Source: a bacterium (GTDB lineage Bacteria; UBA8248). From it: 64,000 nucleotides of DNA. The stretch covers positions 736,001-800,000 of the forward strand of contig OZ244799.1 of NCBI GenBank assembly GCA_965219955.1. Reading direction: 5' to 3'. Below, piece by piece: positions 38,596 to 48,114 of the stretch. The position numbers and the translations under genes were made by a program. Under the pieces are notes generated by a model. The model ran no database searches. It worked only from the letters and a program-made list of their open reading frames with translations, and had not been told where the DNA came from. How positions within the stretch are numbered: the first letter of the stretch is position 1; each line of letters begins with the position of its first letter.

Positions 38596-39111
38596 TCAAA
38601 GATTCTTGAGTTGCCGGTTGCGCCTGCGCTCTTTTTTGGGGGCGCGCCTGGGGTTTCCCTTCTTCTTCGTGTCGTGCTTGGGCGTCCTGGGAGGTTCATC
38701 CTCCGGCGCGTCGTCTTCCATGAAGGCCGCCTGCTGGAGCCGATCCCGAAACTCGCCCGTCCGCAGGACCGCCGACGCGAAGGGCGCGGCCGCTTCTCCC
38801 AGCGCCCTGTCCGAAGTGACGAGAACGGCGTTCTTGTAGTGGCTCTTCAGGAGGCGCAGGATGAGCGCGTCTGCGATTTCGTGCCGGGAGAAGAGCACCT
38901 CGATATCGCCTGTGTTTTTGCCTCCTCCGTGATCATGATGGGATTTGCCGTCGAAAACCACGGTGATTCGGAGGTTTATCGGGGAATTCCTGCGGTAGCT
39001 CTGGAGCATCTCGATGAGGCCTTCACGACCGGCTTCCAGGTCCTGATGGAGAACGCGCCTGAGTTCGGGTATGGCGGGGATGAGGTTGTAACCGTCAACC
39101 ACGATGCGCAT
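38596..39111 (-). CDS. NYN-domain (YacP-like) ribonuclease
   Basis: IVVDGYNLI, VVFDG, AD and VTSDR; KKGNPRR tail. Confidence 0.85.
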   Translation of the reverse strand: MRIVVDGYNLIPAIPELRRVLHQDLEAGREGLIEMLQSYRRNSPINLRITVVFDGKSHHDHGGGKNTGDIEVLFSRHEIADALILRLLKSHYKNAVLVTSDRALGEAAAPFASAVLRTGEFRDRLQQAAFMEDDAPEDEPPRTPKHDTKKKGNPRRAPKKERRRNRQLKNL

Positions 39112-39130
39112 GACTTATCTCCGAAACCTC

Positions 39131-39955
39131 CTAGAAGGGCTGGAAGAGGACGTCCATGAGGGCGGTCGCTTTCTGCGCGTCTCCTTCGATGAGGAGAGAG
39201 CCTTCTGCGGTTTTCTGCGCGCGATCCGCTCTGCCCGCGCACAGGAGCACCATGTCGCTCGCAGATGCGGAAAGGGCGGCGTCGGGGGAGGCGGAGAGGC
39301 CCTCAATGGCCGACGCCTCGCCGCCTGCTATCGACATCTCCCATGCGGCATCCGGCTTGTTCGTCTCGAAACGGAAGGCGCCCGCAGGCCCGGCTGCGCC
39401 CGAGCGGTTGAAGTATAAAGGCAGTCTTGTTTTCAGGATTTCGACGAGCATGCCCAGCGAATCGGCCTCGAGCGGCGCATCCGGGTCGTTCTCCAGGTCC
39501 CACCCGTGGAGCGCCACCTCGTAGAGCCTTTGGGCGGGGAAGGTGCGCGCTTTCGTGTTCCCCTTCCGGTGCCAGAGATCGCGGTCCAGATCGCCGGGCT
39601 CCAGACGCTCGATTTCGGCCTGGAGGTCGTCCTGGCTTCTCTCTATCCAGTCGATTCGATCTTTTGGAGACATGGCGACGGATTTGCGGGTGATATCATC
39701 GCGCGCCGCCTGGAATTCTTCCGGCGTCTCTGCGCCGAGAGAGAGGATGACCTCGCCCCGGCGCGCCGCCCGGATGCGCTCCGCATAGGAGACGGCCCCG
39801 CCCGTCATGTGGCCGATGAGTTGGGCCGCGTTCCACCCGGGGCAGAAGGTGGGTTTCGTCCAATCGGCGTCCGAGAGTGCTCGAAGCTGTGTGATGAAGC
39901 GCGCGTTCTCGTGCGCGAGCCACCGAATCGCGGGAAGCAGGGGGGTGTCGTTCAA
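39131..39955 (-). CDS. MDMPI/DinB-like metal-binding protein with C-terminal SCP2-like domain
   Basis: DWTKPTFCPGWNAAQLIGHM and RLYEVALHGWDL. Confidence 0.8.
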   Translation of the reverse strand: MNDTPLLPAIRWLAHENARFITQLRALSDADWTKPTFCPGWNAAQLIGHMTGGAVSYAERIRAARRGEVILSLGAETPEEFQAARDDITRKSVAMSPKDRIDWIERSQDDLQAEIERLEPGDLDRDLWHRKGNTKARTFPAQRLYEVALHGWDLENDPDAPLEADSLGMLVEILKTRLPLYFNRSGAAGPAGAFRFETNKPDAAWEMSIAGGEASAIEGLSASPDAALSASASDMVLLCAGRADRAQKTAEGSLLIEGDAQKATALMDVLFQPF

Positions 39956-40054
39956 TTCGGAATCACCGCGGGCATAAAAATCGCCCCCAACGCGTGGGGG
40001 CGATGTAAGGAATACACGTTTCGCCTGAAAATCCGTGCGCCCGTAGCGTGCGCG

Positions 40055-40927
40055 CTATTCGCCGGCGGCGCGGATCCAGGCCTTGCCGATGGCGCGCGCG
40101 GCGTATACGCCGGCCAGATGGCGCCTGAAATCCGCTCCGGCGTAAAAATCATCGAGCGCGTCGACGCCTTCGCCGGCCGTTGCCGCCGCCTTGCGGATCG
40201 ATTCCGCGCTCGGCGCGGCGCCCGTAAGGGCGTCCTCGACGCTCGTGGCGCGATACGCTGTTGCGGCCACGCCTGTCACGCCGACGCGGATGCGCTCGAC
40301 AGCGCCGTCTGCGTCCAGCGCGAGCCGGGCCGCCACGCCGCATACCGCAAAACCGCTGGCCTGCTGGGCCGCCTTGAGATACGCGCTCGAACCCCGCGCG
40401 GCCGAAGCCCGTATGCGGACGGAGGTGATAATCTCGCCCGCGCCCAGGGCCGTCTCGTATGTTCCGGTGAAGAAGTCATCGGCGGCGATGACGCGCTCCC
40501 CGCCCGCGCCCGCGACGGTGATTTCCGCATTCGCCGCCAGGATGACCGCCGGGTAGTCGGCTGCGGGGTCGGCATGGGCGAGCGAGCCGCCCAGCGTCCC
40601 GCGGTTTCTCACCTGCACGTCGCCGATGGCGGCAGCCGCCTCGGCGAGGGAGCGGCATCTCCCCTGAACCGAGGCGGACGCCTCGATCTCGGCGTGGGTC
40701 GTCATCGCGCCGATTGTAATGCCGTCCTCCGATTCGCTGATGCCCGAGAGGCCCTCGATGCCGGCGATGTCGACGAGGACCCCGGGGTCGGCGAGCCGCG
40801 CCTTCATCACGGGCAGGAGGCTGTGGCCTCCGGCGAGGACTCGCGCGTCGTCTCCATGCTCTCCGAGCCTGGCGAGAGCGTCTTCTAGCGATTGTGCTCG
40901 AACGTAGTCGAAAGAAGCTGGAATCAT
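40055..40927 (-). CDS. coxM: Molybdenum hydroxylase FAD subunit (CoxM/CutM-like)
   Basis: LAGGHSLLP and QVRNRGTLGGSLAHADPAAD. Confidence 0.85.
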   Translation of the reverse strand: MIPASFDYVRAQSLEDALARLGEHGDDARVLAGGHSLLPVMKARLADPGVLVDIAGIEGLSGISESEDGITIGAMTTHAEIEASASVQGRCRSLAEAAAAIGDVQVRNRGTLGGSLAHADPAADYPAVILAANAEITVAGAGGERVIAADDFFTGTYETALGAGEIITSVRIRASAARGSSAYLKAAQQASGFAVCGVAARLALDADGAVERIRVGVTGVAATAYRATSVEDALTGAAPSAESIRKAAATAGEGVDALDDFYAGADFRRHLAGVYAARAIGKAWIRAAGE

Positions 40928-40930
40928 TTC

Positions 40931-43258
40931 TTAGGCCCTCTTCTCGGCGATGGCGCGCCACACCCTCTCGGGGCGCAGCGGCATGTCGATGTGCGTGATG
41001 CCGAATGGCGAAAGCGCGTCGATCACGGCGTTCACCACGGCGGGCGTGGAGCCGATGGTGCCGGCCTCGCCCACGCCCTTCGCACCCAGCGGGTTTACGT
41101 CCGTCGGGGTGGTGGTGTGCAGAAGCTCGAAACGCGGCAGACGGTTCGCCTTGGGCAAAGCGTAGTGCATGAACGAAGCGTTGAGCGGCTGTCCGCCCTC
41201 GCCGTAGAGCATCTCCTCCTCCAGCGCCTGCCCCATCCCCTGGGCGATGCCGCCGTGGATCTGCCCGTGCACGAGCAGCGGGTTGATCATGTTGCCGACG
41301 TCGTCCACCGCCACGTAGCGGAGGATTGCCACGTCGCCCGTCTCAGGATCCACCTCCGCCAGCACGATGTGCGTCCCGAAGGGGAAGGTGAAGTTGCTCG
41401 GCTCGAAGAAGTGCGTCTCCTCGAGGCCCGGTTCGGTGTCTTCGGGAAGCGCGATGGCGCTGTAGGCCATCATCGCGATATCGGCGAAGCCGGCCGATTT
41501 CTCGGGCGCGCTCCTGACGAAGACCCTGCCGTCCTCGAATTCGATGTCGTTCTCGTCCGCCTCGAACTCCATGGCCGCGAACTTGGCCATCTTGGCGCGC
41601 ACCTTGTCGCGCGCGTAGACGACCGCCGAGCCGCCCACCACGGTGCCCCGGCTGCCGAACGTGCCGACGCCGTAGGGAACCACGTCGGTATCTCCGTGGA
41701 CGACGGTCACGTCGTTCGCGTCGATGCCGAGGCCGTCCGCCACGATCTGGGCGAAAGACGTCTGCTGGCCCTGTCCGTGGGGCGATGCGCCCGAGAACAC
41801 GGTGGCCTTGCCGGTGGGCTCCACGCGCACGCGCGCGCTCTCCCAGCCCTGGCCGCCCAGCGCGGCGGAAGGACCCATGCCGCAAATCTCGACGTAGGTG
41901 GAAAAGCCGATGCCCAGGTACCTGCCGTCTTTTCTGGCCTCTTCCTGCTGGGCGCGCATGGCGGGGTAGTCCGCCGCCTCGAGCGCCCGGTCGAGCGCCA
42001 GGTGGTAATCCCCGCTGTCGTAGCTGAGTCCGGCTGAGGTGCCGAATGGGAACTCGGACTTGTCCGGGAAGTTCTTGCGCCTGAGTTCCACGGGGTCCAT
42101 GCCCAGTTCTACGGCCGCGATGTCCATCATGCGTTCGAGAATATATGTCGCCTCGGGACGGCCCGCGCCCCGGTAGGCGTCGGTCGCCACCTTGTTGGTG
42201 AACACGCCGGTGGCGTTCATCTCGATGTTGTCGATCTTGTAGGGGCCGGGAAGCATGAGGCCCGTGAGCGTGAAGATGGCCAAGGTGAGCAGCTGGTAAT
42301 AGGCCCCGCAGTCGGCGAGCACGTTGTAGCGGAACGCGGTGATGGTGCCGTCGTTCTTGAGACCCATCTCGATCTCGCCCACCTGGCCGCGTCCGTGGAT
42401 GGTGGTCAGGAAGTTCTCGGAACGGCTCTCCACCCACTTGATCGGCACGCCGAGTTCGCGCGTGACGAAGGCCGCGAGCGCCTCTTCGCGGTAGATGTTG
42501 AGCTTGCTGCCGAAGCCGCCGCCGACTTCCGGGGCGATGACGCGCATGCGGTTCTCCGGCATGCCGATCTGGCCCGCCACCAGCGTGCGCACTTTATGGG
42601 GCACCTGGGTGGAGGTCCACAGCGTCATCTTGTCCTCGCCGGGGAGGTAGTGCGCCAGGACGCCCCTGGGCTCGAGAGCCAGCGGAGCGACGCGCACGTT
42701 GGTCATCTTCTCCTTGACGATGACGTCGGCTTCCGCCATGCCGGCTTCCACGTCGCCGCCTGCGAGCCCCCATTTGAACGCCTCGTTGCTCTCATAGTCG
42801 TCGTGCACCTTGGTGGAGCCGGGTTCGATCGCGGCCTCCAAATCGACCACGGCGTCGAGCGGCTCGTAGTCGATCTCGACGAGAGCCGCCGCGTCGAGCG
42901 CGCCGTAGCGCGTCTCGGCGATCACCGCGACGACGGGTTCGCCCGCGAACAGCACCTGCTTGTCGGCCAGTATCGGCTGCACGGGGACCTTGGCGTCGGG
43001 CAGGACGGCGCCCACGGGAACGGGGCCGATGCCCTTCGTCTCCTCGTACGTGTAGACGGCGACGACGCCGTCCGCAGCCGCCGCCTTCGAGACGTCGACC
43101 GAGCGAATGTTGGCTTTGCCGTACGGGCTTCTCGCACACGCCATGTGCAGAGTGCCGGGTGGATTGAAATCGTCCACGTAGTGGGCGAGGCCCTGGATGA
43201 GACGCGGATCGTCTCGTCTTTTGATGGGCGCGCCGATGAATTTGGGTGCTTGCGCCAT
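40931..43258 (-). CDS. coxL: Molybdenum hydroxylase large subunit, form II CoxL-like
   Basis: VGGGFGSK, AYRGAGR and GAKGVGEAG; S-L-M gene order. Confidence 0.85.
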   Translation of the reverse strand: MAQAPKFIGAPIKRRDDPRLIQGLAHYVDDFNPPGTLHMACARSPYGKANIRSVDVSKAAAADGVVAVYTYEETKGIGPVPVGAVLPDAKVPVQPILADKQVLFAGEPVVAVIAETRYGALDAAALVEIDYEPLDAVVDLEAAIEPGSTKVHDDYESNEAFKWGLAGGDVEAGMAEADVIVKEKMTNVRVAPLALEPRGVLAHYLPGEDKMTLWTSTQVPHKVRTLVAGQIGMPENRMRVIAPEVGGGFGSKLNIYREEALAAFVTRELGVPIKWVESRSENFLTTIHGRGQVGEIEMGLKNDGTITAFRYNVLADCGAYYQLLTLAIFTLTGLMLPGPYKIDNIEMNATGVFTNKVATDAYRGAGRPEATYILERMMDIAAVELGMDPVELRRKNFPDKSEFPFGTSAGLSYDSGDYHLALDRALEAADYPAMRAQQEEARKDGRYLGIGFSTYVEICGMGPSAALGGQGWESARVRVEPTGKATVFSGASPHGQGQQTSFAQIVADGLGIDANDVTVVHGDTDVVPYGVGTFGSRGTVVGGSAVVYARDKVRAKMAKFAAMEFEADENDIEFEDGRVFVRSAPEKSAGFADIAMMAYSAIALPEDTEPGLEETHFFEPSNFTFPFGTHIVLAEVDPETGDVAILRYVAVDDVGNMINPLLVHGQIHGGIAQGMGQALEEEMLYGEGGQPLNASFMHYALPKANRLPRFELLHTTTPTDVNPLGAKGVGEAGTIGSTPAVVNAVIDALSPFGITHIDMPLRPERVWRAIAEKRA

Positions 43259-43261
43259 CTC

Positions 43262-43726
43262 TTAATCCCTCATCTGAGCCGCCGCCGCGGAAATTGCGTC
43301 GACGATGTTTTGATAACCCGTGCAGCGGCATATGTTGCCTTCGATGCCGTGCCTGATTTCCTCGTCCGTCGGATCGGCGTTGGACGCAATGAGCTGGTTC
43401 GCCGTCAGGATCATACCCGGCGTGCAGAAGCCGCATTGCAGTCCATGCTTCTCCCAGAATTGTTCTTGCAAGGGATGGAGTTGCTCACCGTTTGCGAGTC
43501 CCTCGATGGTCGTGACCTCACACCCTTGCGCCTGCGCGGCAAGGACGGTGCAGCTTTTCACCGCCTTGTCGTCGAGGAGCACGGTGCAAGCGCCGCATAT
43601 CGAGGTTTCGCAGGCGACGTGCGTGCCGGTGAGGCCCGCGTCATCGCGCAACAGGTGAACAAGAAGGGTTCTGGGTTCCACGTCGAACGTCCGGCTCTCG
43701 CCGTTGATGCTGATGTTGATTTCCAA
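43262..43726 (-). CDS. coxS: 2Fe-2S subunit (CoxS/CutS-like)
   Basis: CETSICGACTV, QCGFCTPG and GNICRCTGY; TTG start 43726. Confidence 0.88.
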   Translation of the reverse strand: MEINISINGESRTFDVEPRTLLVHLLRDDAGLTGTHVACETSICGACTVLLDDKAVKSCTVLAAQAQGCEVTTIEGLANGEQLHPLQEQFWEKHGLQCGFCTPGMILTANQLIASNADPTDEEIRHGIEGNICRCTGYQNIVDAISAAAAQMRD

Positions 43727-43989
43727 GGTCTTCGGGCCCCCCACACAAGAAAAAAGATCGAAGCGGAGTCCCCCAAGGGGAACCTTCCGCCTCACCGAAG
43801 AATTTCGTTCCTCCATGAGATGATCGAGTGAAAACATTATTGAGGATAGGGCGAGGCCGTGTCAAGACTCTAAATTTCGGGGGGCGTGAACCGGCGCGTT
43901 TCGAGCCGCGAACGAAAGCGGAAGGGATGCCCGCCCGCGAAGCGGCTCCCCCGGTTACCGCCTCGACGCCGCCCGCCCCGGGGCGGGCC

Positions 43990-45093
43990 TCACGGCCGTT
44001 GTCTTTCGGCGCCGAAGGCGCCCCTCAGTTCGCCGTGCCGGAACACGCCTCCGACCGACTCCGCCGCATTGCCCTCGTTGTCGTCGAAAAACCGGCCCCG
44101 GATGCAGTCCCCGCTTCCCGAGCAGTCGCCGAAACTCCCGTTCGAGACGGGGAGATCCTCCCAACTCATGTCGCTTACTTCCACCGGTATCAGAGCTCCG
44201 AAGGCGGGGTAGGAGAGAAGATTGTCGAACGTGGCGTCGAGGTTCGCGGCCGCGAAATCGTAGGTCAGCGTGGCGTCACCCGCGAGATAGCCGCTGCCGC
44301 CCAGGTCGAGTTTTCTGCCCGCCACATGCCCGGTCCAGACGGCCGTCCCCTCCCCGTCCTCGCCCACAGGGTTGACCCCCGACGGAACGCCGAAGACGAA
44401 CGGGGCGATGGTCTCATTGTCGTAGTCGTATGCGGTTGCGAAAAATACGCCGTCTACCCAGTTCGAAAAGGCGAACATGCTTGGGAAAGCCCAACCCGCT
44501 CCATTTCCTCTTCCCGCCTTCTTGCCGAAGACCTTCGTGATGCCGTCAGCCCACACCGCCGTCAGCCCCGAGGCGTTCGAGAAGTCCGTGCCTGCGGTGG
44601 GAAGCCCGAGCGAGGTTCTGATCGACGCCACGCCGTCCGTAGAGCCGTCGTACGACAGCACGTGCCCCTCGAGGTACGGCCTGAGGGCCGGATCGGCGTG
44701 GATGGATTGGAGGATCAGCGCAACCGCGTCGGCGTCGTCGCCGGACTCGATGCCGAAATCTTTCGGCTGAGGCGGCGGGGGCGGCGGAGGTGGTTGGGTC
44801 GGTTGGGGCGGCGTAGGTGGTTGGGGCGGCGTAGGATCCGGCGGGGGCGTCGGGGTCGGCGGAAGCGTGGGGGCCGGCCCTCCTCCTTCCGGCGCGGCGA
44901 CCGTAGCGCGGCCGCCACCGCTGCATCCGTGCAGCACCAGGGAACATGCGATCAGGGACGCAGCGGCGAACATTTGCAGTGATGAGCGGACACGGCGGCG
45001 CCGAAACGGCATGAACCACCCCTTCGCCGGGCTGGACGCCTCCTGGTTCCTCCCGGCGAACGCTTCTCGCGACTCACGGCAATCCGTATACAT
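43990..45093 (-). CDS. Putative surface lipoprotein with Pro-rich linker and TbpB-like barrel (array copy 3)
   Basis: Lipobox LVLHGC-SGGG, PTPPQP repeats and C-terminal GRFFD...AAESVGGVF...GAFGAER; AGGAGG RBS. Confidence 0.75.
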   Translation of the reverse strand: MYTDCRESREAFAGRNQEASSPAKGWFMPFRRRRVRSSLQMFAAASLIACSLVLHGCSGGGRATVAAPEGGGPAPTLPPTPTPPPDPTPPQPPTPPQPTQPPPPPPPPQPKDFGIESGDDADAVALILQSIHADPALRPYLEGHVLSYDGSTDGVASIRTSLGLPTAGTDFSNASGLTAVWADGITKVFGKKAGRGNGAGWAFPSMFAFSNWVDGVFFATAYDYDNETIAPFVFGVPSGVNPVGEDGEGTAVWTGHVAGRKLDLGGSGYLAGDATLTYDFAAANLDATFDNLLSYPAFGALIPVEVSDMSWEDLPVSNGSFGDCSGSGDCIRGRFFDDNEGNAAESVGGVFRHGELRGAFGAERQRP

Positions 45094-45139
45094 CCTTTGG
45101 GCCTCCTTTGGGTGACATATTTAATTTATCGGTCATATA

Positions 45140-45168
45140 ATAATATCAGCGAATGGTCATTCCGTCAA
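45140..45168 (-). promoter_or_regulatory. Sigma70-type promoter of the 45093 lipoprotein gene
   Basis: TTGACG-N17-TATTAT on the minus strand. Confidence 0.7.
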
Positions 45169-45204
45169 CATGTGTGGCCGCGGCGTGGAAGAGAGACTCG
45201 ACGG

Positions 45205-45336
45205 CGCCATCACCCACCGGCCGTGGGCAGCGTAGTCCGGGGTTTTGCCGCTTCCGCCGGAATCGGCGCAGGCGAGGAGAATGTCGGGCAGTATCCTCAC
45301 GTCCGAGGGGTGGCGGCCCGCATGGAGCGTCGGCCG
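45205..45336 (-). pseudogene. Internal fragment of a lipoprotein paralogous to 46797-48035
   Basis: PTLHAGRHPSDVRILPDILLACADSGGSGKTPDYAAHGRWVMAP aligns with PTLYAGRHPSDVGIEHDILLAHADSGGEGQSLEYAAYGWWAMAP. Confidence 0.85.
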
Positions 45337-45478
45337 GGGGCGCAAATTTCCCGGGCCCGTTCTTTTGCGAAACCGGGGAGCGCAGGCGCGAAGCGGTACC
45401 GGCGGGGCGGCTCGGCCTTGAAGCGGCTCGCCCGGCTACCGCCCTGACGCCGAGCGCGCCGGGCGGTTCGCGCGCTCG

Positions 45479-46666
45479 TTAGCGATGGGCGCCGAAAGAG
45501 CCACTCATCAAGCCGTGCCGGAACACGCCTCCGACCGCATCCGCCGGGTTGCCCGCGTTGTCGTCGAAAAACCGGCCCCGGATGCAGCTTCCGCTTCTCG
45601 TACCCGTACAATCGCCGAAACTCCCGTCCGAGACGGGGAGATCCTCCCAGGTGATGTTGCTTGGCCTTCTCGTCACATGGTCAAAATGGAAATAGCGAAG
45701 ATAGTGGAACAAGACGTCGAGGTTCGCGGCCTCGAAATCGTAGGTCAGCGTGGCCACTCCATCGAGATGGCCGAGCGACGGCCCGGCTTCTCTGCCTGTC
45801 ACAAAACCTCTCCAGACGGCCGTCCCCGTCGCGCCCGCGGGGTTGACCCCCGACGGAACGCCGAGGACGAATGGAGCGATTTCTCTCGAGTAGCTTGTGA
45901 TTGCGGTCCCGAAAAACAATCCGTCCACCCAGTTGGCATAAGCGACTACGTCATCCGGGAGCTGCCATCCCGCTCCAAACCCTTTTCCCGTGCTCCTTTT
46001 GAAGCGGAACTCGAAGGTTTCGTCCGCAAACACCGCCGCCAGCCCCGAGCCGTCCATGAAGTCCGAGCCCGTGGCGGGAAGTCCGAGTCGCTCCCTGATC
46101 GGCGGCGGTCTTTTGGCTGAGACACTGGGGTATCTCGCGTACGACAACACGTGCCCCCCGAGGTACGGCTTGAGGGCCGTATCGGCGTCGATGGACTTGA
46201 GAATCGATTCGACACCATTGGCACCATCGATGTTGGTGACGTACTGGATGCTGAACCTGGCCGCATCAGGCGGCTGGGGCGCCGGGGGCGACGGTGGAGC
46301 CGACAACGGAATTGGCGGGTCCGTCGGGGGCGACGGTGGAGTCGGGGTCGGTGGAGGCGTCGGCTCTGGCGGCGGGGTCGGCTCTGGCGGCGGGGTCGGC
46401 TCTGGCGGCGGGGTCGGCTCGGGCGGGGGAGTTGGCTCCGGCGGGGGCATCGTGGCCGGCCCTCCTCCTTCCGGCGTGGCGACCGGGGCGCGGCCGCCAC
46501 CGCCGCACCCGTACAGAACCAGGGAACATGCGATCAAGGACGCGGCGGCGATCGTACCCAGCGATGAGCGGGTGCGCCACCGCCGTCCGCGCCCGACATG
46601 CCGCCTGGCCGCCTCCCGGTTCGCACCTGCGAACACCCCTCGCGACTCACAGGAATCTGGATTCAT
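45479..46666 (-). CDS. Putative surface lipoprotein with (PEPTPP)n linker and TbpB-like barrel (array copy 2)
   Basis: Lipobox LVLYGC-GGGG; C-terminus closely similar to 43990-45093. Confidence 0.75.
   Translation of the reverse strand: MNPDSCESRGVFAGANREAARRHVGRGRRWRTRSSLGTIAAASLIACSLVLYGCGGGGRAPVATPEGGGPATMPPPEPTPPPEPTPPPEPTPPPEPTPPPEPTPPPTPTPPSPPTDPPIPLSAPPSPPAPQPPDAARFSIQYVTNIDGANGVESILKSIDADTALKPYLGGHVLSYARYPSVSAKRPPPIRERLGLPATGSDFMDGSGLAAVFADETFEFRFKRSTGKGFGAGWQLPDDVVAYANWVDGLFFGTAITSYSREIAPFVLGVPSGVNPAGATGTAVWRGFVTGREAGPSLGHLDGVATLTYDFEAANLDVLFHYLRYFHFDHVTRRPSNITWEDLPVSDGSFGDCTGTRSGSCIRGRFFDDNAGNPADAVGGVFRHGLMSGSFGAHR
46342..46446 (-). repeat. 18-bp coding tandem repeat (PEPTPP, about 5-6 units)
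   Basis: CGGGGTCGGCTCTGGCGG units. Confidence 0.9.
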
Positions 46667-46714
46667 CTTTCAGGTCTCCTTTAGATGATCATAATTAATT
46701 TATCGTTCAAATAA

Positions 46715-46744
46715 AATATACGCCGGAACGCTCATTCAAGTCAA
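46715..46744 (-). promoter_or_regulatory. Sigma70-type promoter of the 46666 lipoprotein gene
   Basis: TTGACT-N18-TATATT; homologous to the other two cassette promoters. Confidence 0.65.
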
Positions 46745-46796
46745 CATGCGTGGCGGCGGCGCGGAAATAGGACTCGGCGGCGCTGAAGGCCGCGCT

Positions 46797-48035
46797 TTAT
46801 GGCCGCTCCCTTCCGGCGCCGAAGCCGCCGACCACGACCATCTCTCCCATGGAAGGATCGGGATAGGCCTCGATGAGCCACCACTGGCCCGCCGTTTCCG
46901 CCGCTTCCGGACCGTAGAACGCGCCCTCGTACCTGCCCGCGGGCGTGGCGAACCGGGGGCCGGCTTCGGCTGCGCCCCGGACGGAAATCCAGCCCCGATA
47001 GCCGTTTCCCTCCACCGGAGCCGCCAGCAACTCGATCGTGTGCCACGCGCCCGCCCGGCTCGCATCGACCTGCAGGCTCCGCGGGTCTAAGGGCGCGATG
47101 CGCATGTTCCGGATCTCGCCGGAGACGGCGCCGGACGGACCCTCCAGCCGCGCCTCCAGCACGGCGTCGCCCTCCAGGGCCCAGCGGCCGTCCGCATCCT
47201 GGGCGTGGCCGGTGGCGCGGCCGCTCCAAATGGCCGTGAGCGGGACGGCGGGGGAGCCCGGCATGTCCCTCGGGAAGGTCTCCAGCCCGAAGCTCATGCC
47301 GGCGTGGGCGCTGAGCGTCCGGGTGGTGTCCGAAGCGCCGCCGCCGACCACCGGGGCCATCGCCCACCAGCCGTAGGCGGCGTACTCGAGAGACTGGCCC
47401 TCTCCACCCGAATCGGCATGGGCCAGAAGAATGTCGTGCTCGATGCCGACGTCCGAGGGATGGCGGCCCGCATAGAGCGTCGGCCAGACCAGCCCGGCGT
47501 CCGGAGCGCCCCACCCCGCCGACTCTTCGGTGAAGGGATAGGTTCCGCGAAGCCCGGCCCGGCCCCGTATGTGCATGACGTGGCCGCCGCCCGCCCCGGG
47601 CCACAGGTACACGTCGGAATCCAGGGTGGAGTCGTCGTCCACCCTCCAGGTCGACGGGTTCGGACGGGTGAACGTGTTCGGCGGGAGGAGAAGAAACGAC
47701 CGGGTGACGGTGAACTCGCGGACGACTCCTCCCTCGGGAGACGCCGCCTGTTCGCCGAGAACCTCGGGGAGGGTCTTTTGCAGATTCCGGTAGAGGTGGG
47801 GGCCGGGGAGGGCGGCTCCCGCCGTCTGCGCACTGTTTCGGCCGGACCCCCCTCCGCAACCGGACAGGGCAACGGCGCACAGAACGAACAGCACAACGAG
47901 GTGCATCGGCATCTTCGCGAGCGGGGAGGAAGACGGAGAAAACCGCCCCCGCCGCCCAGGCCCGCCATGCCGCCGGGCCGCCTCCCGGTTCACTCCGGCG
48001 AACACTCCTCGCGACTCACAGGAATCTGGGTGCAT
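46797..48035 (-). CDS. Putative surface lipoprotein with TbpB-like barrel (array copy 1)
   Basis: Lipobox VALSGC-GGGS; C-terminal YEGAFYGPEAAETAGQW...VVGGFGAGR, typical of Slam/T11SS-type cargo barrels. Confidence 0.78.
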   Translation of the reverse strand: MHPDSCESRGVFAGVNREAARRHGGPGRRGRFSPSSSPLAKMPMHLVVLFVLCAVALSGCGGGSGRNSAQTAGAALPGPHLYRNLQKTLPEVLGEQAASPEGGVVREFTVTRSFLLLPPNTFTRPNPSTWRVDDDSTLDSDVYLWPGAGGGHVMHIRGRAGLRGTYPFTEESAGWGAPDAGLVWPTLYAGRHPSDVGIEHDILLAHADSGGEGQSLEYAAYGWWAMAPVVGGGASDTTRTLSAHAGMSFGLETFPRDMPGSPAVPLTAIWSGRATGHAQDADGRWALEGDAVLEARLEGPSGAVSGEIRNMRIAPLDPRSLQVDASRAGAWHTIELLAAPVEGNGYRGWISVRGAAEAGPRFATPAGRYEGAFYGPEAAETAGQWWLIEAYPDPSMGEMVVVGGFGAGRERP

Positions 48036-48064
48036 CCTTCACGTCTCCTTCGGATGATATGAAT

Positions 48065-48114
48065 TTGAATAATCGTTCAATATGAAATATATGCCGGACT
48101 GCTCATTCCGTCAA
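48065..48114 (-). promoter_or_regulatory. Sigma70 promoter plus palindromic operator of the 48035 lipoprotein gene
   Basis: TTGACG-N17-TATATT; TTGAA-N6-TTCAA palindrome (48065-48080) over the predicted start site. Confidence 0.7.

Noticed and set aside
40931-43258. Form I aerobic CO dehydrogenase
   Set aside because: The motif is AYRGAGR, not AYxCSFR, and the gene order is S-L-M.
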